Of a stretch of 64,000 bases of DNA, positions 23,242 to 30,655 are shown in pieces; position 1 is the stretch's first letter, and each line of letters begins with the position of its first letter. Under the pieces are notes generated by a model, which saw nothing but the letters and a program-made list of their open reading frames with translations, was not told the origin of the DNA and ran no database searches. Both the position numbers and the translations under genes were made by a program. Source of the DNA: Longimicrobiales bacterium (GTDB lineage: Bacteria; Gemmatimonadota; Gemmatimonadetes; Longimicrobiales; Gaopeijiaceae); assembly GCA_965203485.1 (NCBI GenBank), contig OZ241892.1:2112001-2176000 (forward strand), in the 5' to 3' direction.

Positions 23242-24020
23242 GCAATCGGACACTTCAGTTCCGGCTAGAGGCTGCCAAACCGGGCCGGGCAGTCGATGCG
23301 CGCGACTTCCGCGACCTCGTGTCTGCGGCACTCGAGTGCCTGACACACTTGGAGAAGGAACTCGGATCTGCAGTCTCGGTAGCGTATCCGCTTGTCGGTC
23401 TGGAGTTCGGAAGCGCGAGCTTGACGATACAGCCGGAGTCCAAGGGAGATCAAAACTCCACCGCTGGTACGATCTCGGCCCACTTCGAACGAGGATTCGC
23501 CGCACTTACCAAGAACCAGCTGAGTGCAACGGATTTTGCTAAGCAGACTCAGGAATCCTTCTGGCGTCTCCAGAAACCGCTAAAGAACAAAATGGGTGTT
23601 GTCATATTCACCGGGACCAATACGTACCGCATGGACTCCGCACTTGTTGTTCGAATCCAGCGCACCAAGAAGAAGGTCGGCAAAGCAACGAATAGCGTAT
23701 CCGGGCGCATTGAGGCCTTGAACATTCACAATCAAAGGACTTTCTTAGTCTATCCTGTCATCGGCCCACGTGTGAAGTGTGAGTTCCCGGAAACCCTACT
23801 TGACCGCGTCTTCCATGCCCTTGGGCGCCACGTCACAGTCCACGGCACGTCCGATGCCGATGCTTCCGCATTGTTTCCAAAAACGATTGCTGTCAGCAAG
23901 ATCGACGTTCATCCCAAATCTGATCAACCCAAGTTGCGGGATTTCCTTGGATCGATTCCAGATCTCACCGGCGGTGTGGACAGTGTTGCCCTCGTAAGGG
24001 CACTAAGAGATGCTGACTAA
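23238..24020 (+). CDS. Hypothetical 260-aa protein, possible OB-fold C-domain and antitoxin-like tail
   Basis: ATGA overlap with brxC; lower GC; SVSGRIEALN..VKCEF..ALGRHVTVHG and terminal GGVDSVALVRALRDAD; overlaps the PIN gene start. Confidence 0.75.
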   Translation: MSNRTLQFRLEAAKPGRAVDARDFRDLVSAALECLTHLEKELGSAVSVAYPLVGLEFGSASLTIQPESKGDQNSTAGTISAHFERGFAALTKNQLSATDFAKQTQESFWRLQKPLKNKMGVVIFTGTNTYRMDSALVVRIQRTKKKVGKATNSVSGRIEALNIHNQRTFLVYPVIGPRVKCEFPETLLDRVFHALGRHVTVHGTSDADASALFPKTIAVSKIDVHPKSDQPKLRDFLGSIPDLTGGVDSVALVRALRDAD

Positions 24021-24474
24021 GTTCTGCTGGGATTCTTGCTTGTTTATTGACATGTTGTCCGCCGAACCTCAATCAGCTGACCGACGTTTACAATTGGAAG
24101 GCGTCCTCAAGGCCGTCGATCAAGAATCGGCCATCTTGGTGACCAGCACGTTAGTGGCAACAGAAGTACTGGACATCATTGGCGATGCGAGCAAGCGAGA
24201 GATTTTTGATCGGGTTATGGCTCGGCCGAGCGTCTTGTGTCAGCCCGTAACGATGCCGATTGCCGAGCTAGCAGGTAGAATTCGGCATTCTCTCCGACCT
24301 CAGCACAAACTGAAGAGCATGGATGCATTGTTTATAGCAACTGCGATCATCCAAGAAAGCGATATGCTACATACCTACGATGATAAGTTGTTGCGACTAT
24401 CAGGACGACAAGAAATAAATGATTTGAAGATCTCGCCCCCTAGTGTCTTGCAGCCCAGCCTTGACCTCGACTGA
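24010..24474 (+). CDS. PIN-domain (VapC-like) ribonuclease
   Basis: WDSCLFI, STLVATEVL, LKSMDALFIATA, HTYDDKL: the acidic residues of PIN domains. Confidence 0.88.
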   Translation: MLTKFCWDSCLFIDMLSAEPQSADRRLQLEGVLKAVDQESAILVTSTLVATEVLDIIGDASKREIFDRVMARPSVLCQPVTMPIAELAGRIRHSLRPQHKLKSMDALFIATAIIQESDMLHTYDDKLLRLSGRQEINDLKISPPSVLQPSLDLD

Positions 24475-24483
24475 TCATCCCGA

Positions 24484-24640
24484 GCGGAGACGGACGCCGT
24501 CTCGTCCCGAAAAGCCGAGGCGTTGGAAGCAGCAACGGCCCGTCACGGAGAAGGCAACACACCCGTCCCGGTGGTTGTCCGCCAAGCCACTCTCGCGGAC
24601 GAAGTCAATGTGCGACACTGGCTCGACGAGCACGAGACGA
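24484..24640 (+). repeat. 157-bp diverged copy of brxC 23041-23197
   Basis: Colinear match from gcggagac.gacgccgtctcgtcccga to gctcgacgagcacgagacga. Confidence 0.92.
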
Positions 24641-25307
24641 GCAACTGGCCGAGCTCTTCGAGGCACGCGAGGGGCTGATCGCGGACATCGAGCAGTGGGA
24701 GGGGCTCGCCCGGCGTGCTCGGACGCGGACGCCCGCTTGGGACATGGCCGTCGCGCTTCGCCGACACGCTGCCGGACTGCCGATCGCGGAGGACGTCGGC
24801 ACCGAACTCGACGCCATCGCCGAACGGCGGTCGTTGTTGGACGAGATGGACCCCGTGTCGCCGTGCGTCGCGAAGCTCGCCAAGGCGCTTCGCGAGGCGC
24901 TGGGCGCGGCGCGGGATGGATTGGCCGAGGCCGTCGCCGACGCCACCGTCCGTCTCGACGCCGATCGGGCATGGGGCGATTTGGATCAACGCGATCGCGC
25001 GGCCATATTGTCCGAGGTGGATCTCCTCGCGCCCGCGCCTCTCGCCGTGGACACCGACCAGGCCCTGCGACGGGAGCTGGAGAAGCACCACCTGTCCGCT
25101 TGGCATGCGGAGACGGACGCCGTGCCGTCCCGCGAGGCCGAGGCACTGGAAACGGCGGTCGCCCGCCACCAAGAGGGCACCGCCTCCGTCGCCGTAGCTC
25201 TCCGGCGAGCGACCCTCGCGGACGAGCGCGACGTGCCCCAGTGGCTCGCCGAACACGAAAAGAAGCTTATGGACGCAGTCAAGAAAGGAACGGCCGTAGT
25301 AAAGTGA
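24637..25307 (+). pseudogene. Second brxC 3' end (671-bp copy of 22571-23241), alternative C-terminal allele
   Basis: About 11 mismatches by my count over the first ~310 bp, then clearly diverged but same length and in frame, ending KKGTAVVK* versus KKGTVVVK*. Contains ORF 24744-25307. Confidence 0.9.
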
Positions 25308-25341
25308 GTGCCCGGTTCATCCTACCCTGGACGCTACGCTC

Positions 25342-26760
25342 GTGATCTTCGAATTCGAGAACATCGGCCCCGTGGAGCACGCGACGTTGGACTTGGCGGA
25401 TTTCACGATCATCGCAGGGCGCAACAATACCGGCAAGACCTACTTGGTCTATGCCCTGTATGGATTCTTGAAACAATGGCCGGGGTGGCCTAGAGCACAA
25501 CAGTTCTTCTTTCGTCCCCCCGCCAATCACGTCATGAGGCCGTTGCAACTCCGCCGTATCGCCCAGGACATTGTCCAATCCGGCCATGCCCATGTCAACG
25601 TCGATGCCGACACGTTGTACGCCGCCAGCAAGGCAATCATCGATTCGCTTGCCCATGATTTCTCTGTCACGGCGTTGCCCACGGTCTTCAGTTCTTCTTC
25701 GGAAGAGTTCAAGACCGCTCGCGTATCGATCGACATCGCGGGAGACCGTAGTGGCCACTTGCACGAGTCGGCGATAGAACTGGCATTCCCGCCCATCGGC
25801 CGCCTTGCTCTCGAGTATGATGGCACGATACTATCTATCACCAGCAGATTGGATAATCCATCTCGTCCATTTCATCGGGAACAAGTGGATATTCTGTTGC
25901 CTCACGCCTTGATGTCTTTCTTGTGCCATTTTCCGACGCCGTTTATTCTTTCTGCAGAACGCTTTGGCATCTCTCTTTTCTACAAAGAACTAGATTTTGC
26001 AAAAAGTCATCTCGTCGATCTTCTTCAGAAGATGAGTAATGACGACAAGAAGGATTCTGATTATCCGTTTTTTCTTATTGACAAGAACGCAAGCCGATAT
26101 GCACAACCGATAAAGGACAACATTGATTTTACGCGAAACATACCTGCCCTTACACGCCATCGAGGACCTTTGGAAGATCACAAGTTATTTGACGACATCA
26201 AGCATATTATGGGTGGTTACTATCAAGCTTCAAAAGATGTCATTCGATTTCGTTCGAAAGCTCGCGGCAAGCGTAAATTCAATATTCCATTGCATCTTGC
26301 CTCTTCTTCTGCCCGGGGTCTGGCTGATTTATATTTTTATCTGCGGCATCAGGCTAGACAAGGCGATCTCCTGATTGTTGATGAACCCGAAAGCCATCTA
26401 GACACGCAGAACCAGATTTTCCTCGCCCGCACGCTTGCGCGATTTGTGAACGCAGGAATTAAAGTACTGGTCACGACTCATAGTGATTACTTGGTTAAAG
26501 AGATAAATAATTTGATCATGCTTGGTGAAATAGCTGATAAAAGAAACGACGCATTAGAACAGTGGGGATACTCGGCATCGGATGTATTGAAGCGTTCATC
26601 GGTACGAGCATACGTCGCCGATCGGCACCAGTTGTGCCCCGCCATCATTGACCGTTTTGGTGTCTCTATGGCGGTTTTCGATGACACGATAGACGGCATC
26701 AACCGCGTATCCAATGCTCTCGTAGCGACAGTAGCGAAACAGAATGACCTTGGCACATAA
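25342..26760 (+). CDS. ABC-like ATPase (AAA_15/AAA_21 type)
   Basis: FENIGP, GRNNTGKT, ASSSARG signature, IVDEPESHL, TTHS; low-GC 3' half. Confidence 0.88.
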   Translation: MIFEFENIGPVEHATLDLADFTIIAGRNNTGKTYLVYALYGFLKQWPGWPRAQQFFFRPPANHVMRPLQLRRIAQDIVQSGHAHVNVDADTLYAASKAIIDSLAHDFSVTALPTVFSSSSEEFKTARVSIDIAGDRSGHLHESAIELAFPPIGRLALEYDGTILSITSRLDNPSRPFHREQVDILLPHALMSFLCHFPTPFILSAERFGISLFYKELDFAKSHLVDLLQKMSNDDKKDSDYPFFLIDKNASRYAQPIKDNIDFTRNIPALTRHRGPLEDHKLFDDIKHIMGGYYQASKDVIRFRSKARGKRKFNIPLHLASSSARGLADLYFYLRHQARQGDLLIVDEPESHLDTQNQIFLARTLARFVNAGIKVLVTTHSDYLVKEINNLIMLGEIADKRNDALEQWGYSASDVLKRSSVRAYVADRHQLCPAIIDRFGVSMAVFDDTIDGINRVSNALVATVAKQNDLGT

Positions 26761-27316
26761 CGCAAAGAAGGCTACGCATTTTTCTGATGGCCTCAAGCGT
26801 GTTCTTCACAGCTCGAGCATCAACCTGACAACCGAAGACGGCACGACGGTCTTACATGACAAAGAGACATGCTTTGTCATCACTGACATGCCGTCGTCGT
26901 CAATCGTGGTTAAGCTGGAAACGATCGGACACCTAAATACGCTGGACGGGAGAAACTGGAAAAAGAAATGCGATTATTTGATTGCAATTGCGTATGATGA
27001 TCATGTTCAAGTCATATTGCTTGAGACGAAGAAAACTCTTCGTAGCGATTCGAAGCCGAGAGAGCAGGTAAGGCGATCCATTCCTATCCTGAAGTATCTC
27101 GTGTCTCTGTGTGAAATTGAATACGAGCGTTCGTGGAATATTGTCGAATGTTTCTCGGTGATAGCCGAGAAAGAAGCAGAACGATTCGACAAACAACCTA
27201 CCCATGTAGGTCCCGATCCATTATCACGCTCGGAGAGATACAAGGAAATTGACATTAATTTCATCATTGGCACGAATCTGTCGTTCAGTTCACTTACGTC
27301 GTCCGCTAGACGGTAG
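26744..27316 (+). CDS. Hypothetical protein, possible PD-(D/E)xK nuclease
   Basis: Overlaps the ATPase end; KKCDYLI..ILLETKK..Q pattern; low GC. Confidence 0.65.
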   Translation: MTLAHNAKKATHFSDGLKRVLHSSSINLTTEDGTTVLHDKETCFVITDMPSSSIVVKLETIGHLNTLDGRNWKKKCDYLIAIAYDDHVQVILLETKKTLRSDSKPREQVRRSIPILKYLVSLCEIEYERSWNIVECFSVIAEKEAERFDKQPTHVGPDPLSRSERYKEIDINFIIGTNLSFSSLTSSARR

Positions 27317-27336
27317 CGATTGGCTCTGCAGACATG

Positions 27337-27780
27337 GGCTCTTCCCCTGTTTCGATGGGCGTCGTAGGATGGACGGGGGTACGGCGTGACTGGAGCGAGG
27401 AGAGCGGATGGAGGGCAGAAGGCCCTTGTCCCCACGTCCCCCGGCCTCGGGAGGTACGGCGTGACTGGAGCGAGAAGAGCGGATGGAGGTGCGGGAGTTG
27501 GAGCGGCTGATGGGAGTTTGGGCCCGGAGTGGCGGATCGAGCGCATGGATGAGGCGTCGGAGACCGTTGGGATACCGCAACCGGGGGCTGGGCGCGATCA
27601 GCCTGGGTGCGCTGGCTGCGATGGGCGTCGGCCTCGAGGCCGGTCGAGAAGACCGCGGCGATGGTCCGGACTCACCTGTGGGCATCGTCAACGCCGTCGT
27701 GCTCGATGCCACCAACGGTCCCGGTCGAGGGCGTCAACACCCGCGTCCAAGCGATCAAGACGGGGTGTCGCGGAAGAGCC
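27337..27780 (+). mobile_element. Internally deleted ISL3-family element (remnant)
   Basis: Inverted ends GGCTCTTCC (27337) and GGAAGAGCC (27780); frameshifted transposase pieces GYRNRG / AWVRWLRWA / PVEKTAAMVRTHLW / GIVNAVVLDATNG / VEGVNTRVQAIK..CRG resembling ISL3 C-termini. Confidence 0.75.
27378..27489. repeat. Two 37-bp direct repeats separated by 38 bp
   Basis: GGTACGGCGTGACTGGAGCGAG(G/A)AGAGCGGATGGAGG at 27378-27414 and 27453-27489, one mismatch. Confidence 0.9.
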
Positions 27781-27825
27781 CAGTTTTGTTGAGATTCTTG
27801 CCAAGCTGATGGAGGTGGTTCAGTC

Positions 27826-29061
27826 ATGACAGCGCACAACGTCGACCGACGGTTTCTTACTCGCGTGGTACTGCGCAACTACAAGAGCATCGCAACGGCC
27901 GACGTTCCCCTGTCCCAGGTCTCCTTCTTGGTCGGCCCCAACGGCTCCGGGAAAAGCAACTTCCTTGACGCCCTGCGCTTCGTGGCGGAATCGTTGCGAT
28001 CGACGATGGACCATGCGATCCACGAGCGCGGAGGAGTCAACGAAATCCGAAGACGATCCAGAGGGCATCCCAATTACTTTGGCATTCGCCTCGAGTTTCG
28101 GTCCGAGCAGTTTCGGGGTTACTATGCGTTCACGGTAGGAGCCAAGGCAGGCGGGGCCTACGAGATTCGCAAAGAAGAATGCGAAATATGCTGGCTCGAC
28201 AGCGACCCGTCTCGTAACTACTACCGCGTGCAGAACGGCGAGGTCCATCAAAGCACGCTTCACGTGCCGCCCCGCACCGATCCTCGCCGCCTCTACTTGG
28301 TCGCAGTATCTGGGATAGAATCTTTTGGGCAGGTGTACGACGCTTTCGTGGAAATGGGATTCTACAACCTGGTCCCCGAGGTCATTCGAAACCTCCAGCC
28401 ACCGGGGCCAGGCACCCTCTTGGCCAGGGACGGCGGCAACGCCGCCAGCGTCTTGGCGAACTTGGCGGCGCGTTCCCCGATGTTCAAGGAGAGGATTGAA
28501 GACTACCTCGGCCGAATCGCGCCCGGCGTGGTCCGCGTCGATCGAAAGGTCTTGAGCAACAGGGAAACGCTTGAGTTTCACCAGAAAGTAAAGGGAGCAA
28601 GGGATCCCTGGCGGTTCGGCGCTACCAACATGTCTGATGGCACGCTTCGGGCCCTCGGAGTCCTGCTGGCCCTCTTTCAGAACGGTCGACGCGGACCCCG
28701 GATCGGTCAGCCCCTGGTGGGGATCGAGGAACCGGAGCTGGCATTGCACCCTGCCGCTACCGGCGTGCTCTTGGACGCGCTTCGAGAGGCATCCCAGCAC
28801 TCCCAGGTGTTGGTTGCCAGCCACAGCGCCGACCTTCTCGACAACGTAGATGCGTCCACGGAGTCGGTGCTTGCGGTGCTGGCCGAGCACGGAGTCACCC
28901 ACATCGGTCCGCTGGACGACGCCGGACGTTCGGCACTCAAGGAGGGGCTCTTCACGGCTGGTGAACTTCTCCGCGTGAACCAGCTTATGCCGGACCCGCA
29001 CAGCACCAGTCTGTTGTCGCATACGCTCTCGTTGTTTGGAGCCGGAGGCGTGGCTGGATGA
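27826..29061 (+). CDS. ABC-like ATPase (AAA_21 type)
   Basis: LRNYKSI, GPNGSGKSN, MSDGTLR, IEEPELALHP, ASHS. Confidence 0.9.
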   Translation: MTAHNVDRRFLTRVVLRNYKSIATADVPLSQVSFLVGPNGSGKSNFLDALRFVAESLRSTMDHAIHERGGVNEIRRRSRGHPNYFGIRLEFRSEQFRGYYAFTVGAKAGGAYEIRKEECEICWLDSDPSRNYYRVQNGEVHQSTLHVPPRTDPRRLYLVAVSGIESFGQVYDAFVEMGFYNLVPEVIRNLQPPGPGTLLARDGGNAASVLANLAARSPMFKERIEDYLGRIAPGVVRVDRKVLSNRETLEFHQKVKGARDPWRFGATNMSDGTLRALGVLLALFQNGRRGPRIGQPLVGIEEPELALHPAATGVLLDALREASQHSQVLVASHSADLLDNVDASTESVLAVLAEHGVTHIGPLDDAGRSALKEGLFTAGELLRVNQLMPDPHSTSLLSHTLSLFGAGGVAG

Positions 29062-29645
29062 CCACGATCGCCGCGATAGTTGAGGGGCACGGCGAGGTAG
29101 AGGCAGTGCCCGTGCTCCTTCGGCGAATCGCCGAACAGGTGTCGGCCAAGCACGCTGTCAACGCCCCGCGACCCTTTCGGGTTCGGCGCCAGAACTTCCT
29201 CAAGCCCGACGAGATGGAGCGCCACGTCGAGTTCGTCGCTACCCGATCTGGACCCGAGGGAAGGATCCTGATACTGCTAGATGCAAACAGCGACTGCCCC
29301 AAGACGCTTGCAACCCACATTAGGGAACGTGCGCGGCAAGCCAGACGCGATCGGATCATACGAGTCGTATTGGCCAAGATGGAATATGAGGCGTGGTTTC
29401 TCGCCGCGGCCGAGTCCGTTGCCGGACGCAGGGGCATCAAGCACGACGTCGTTTCCCCTCCCGATCCCGAGGCCGTTCGAAATGCCAAAGGATGGATCAG
29501 CGCCCGCATGGAGCCAGGACGCTCGTACAGCCCATCGACCGATCAACCGGCATTGACGGCCGTGTTCGACCTGGCCGCCGCCCGCAAGGGATCGCCCTCG
29601 TTCGACAAGCTGTGGCAGGCCGTGGAATCCCTGCTAGTAGATTGA
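29058..29645 (+). CDS. DUF4276-family (TOPRIM-like) protein
   Basis: IVEGHGE, ILLDANSDCP, EYEAWFLA, Y....DQ, SPSFDKL; ATGA overlap with the ATPase. Confidence 0.8.
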   Translation: MTTIAAIVEGHGEVEAVPVLLRRIAEQVSAKHAVNAPRPFRVRRQNFLKPDEMERHVEFVATRSGPEGRILILLDANSDCPKTLATHIRERARQARRDRIIRVVLAKMEYEAWFLAAAESVAGRRGIKHDVVSPPDPEAVRNAKGWISARMEPGRSYSPSTDQPALTAVFDLAAARKGSPSFDKLWQAVESLLVD

Positions 29646-29770
29646 AGGATGGGCGTGTCGTCCATAGTCCATATCACGAGAGCTCCCAGGACAAGCCAAG
29701 TGCAACTTAACGCTAGCCGTGACAGGCGATGTGCGGAGCCACAACTACCACCTCGAGACAGGAACACTTC

Positions 29771-30481
29771 ATGAAGACATGGATTGCCCTCGGCGATGCA
29801 GCCCAAAGTCTATTCTACATGCTTGGTGCTGTCGCGGCCATTGGCCTGGCGACATACAGTGTCTGTAATGGATATACTTTTCGATTCGTTCGTTTTTTCG
29901 GTCCCACTACCGATCGCTGGCATAAACGCGGTTTCTCGTTCCGCCATAAAATCACGCACGAGCATCACGGCGTAGACCGACTAGAAAACAACAAAAGTCG
30001 AGAAACCATCCACGACCTGTCTCATTACTTGACGGTCTATGGCGTCTTCTGGAACACCAACCATCTTGTCGACGAAGATCGTATCCGCATTGGCAAACGC
30101 GAATATCTCATCCATGGCAAACATGCACAGTCCACATCCACGCGTTTATGGCACCTCAACTACGACAAGAATACCATCACTGATTCCTTAAGAAGCATTG
30201 GCATAGATGAACTTAAGCATGTTCTCAGTCGTATTGAGTATGCCGTTGATTTCACAAACTTTCGAATCCTTCTACATGACGCTCAGCGACACGTAGCCAA
30301 GCAAGCTAAACAGCCATCTCGACCCCAATACCCTCCCCGCGCCGTCATTCTCATAAACGGACGGAAAGATGCGCTTTCCGCATGGTTCGATTCCAACAAA
30401 GACGACCTCACAAGTGCTATCACCACCATTATCAACCAACATAGCAGGCGTATCTCGCAACCAATCGAGACACCGGATTAG
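29771..30481 (+). CDS. Hypothetical low-GC protein with N-terminal hydrophobic segment
   Basis: 236-codon ORF in AT-richer DNA; LFYMLGAVAAIGLATYSV putative TM helix. Confidence 0.65.
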   Translation: MKTWIALGDAAQSLFYMLGAVAAIGLATYSVCNGYTFRFVRFFGPTTDRWHKRGFSFRHKITHEHHGVDRLENNKSRETIHDLSHYLTVYGVFWNTNHLVDEDRIRIGKREYLIHGKHAQSTSTRLWHLNYDKNTITDSLRSIGIDELKHVLSRIEYAVDFTNFRILLHDAQRHVAKQAKQPSRPQYPPRAVILINGRKDALSAWFDSNKDDLTSAITTIINQHSRRISQPIETPD

Positions 30482-30655
30482 ACACCACCGTAAGGTCCTT
30501 CACATTGGGAAGGCCGACATGGTCGGAACGAAGCCATCGGGTGGCCGACGATTGGTCGGTGAAGCGTACGGCAAACTCGAGGCCAACAACCATACAGGCT
30601 GCCAGAACGGCCCCCTACTGCGGCGGCCTCCTCGCCAACCCGTACCATTGATCCC

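Noticed and set aside
24744..25307. Independent novel 187-aa gene
   Set aside because: It is the duplicated BrxC C-terminus; the ATG is an internal Met of BrxC.
27378..27489. Calling this a CRISPR array
   Set aside because: Only two repeats, no leader or cas genes seen, and it lies within an IS relic; kept as a repeat and a finding.
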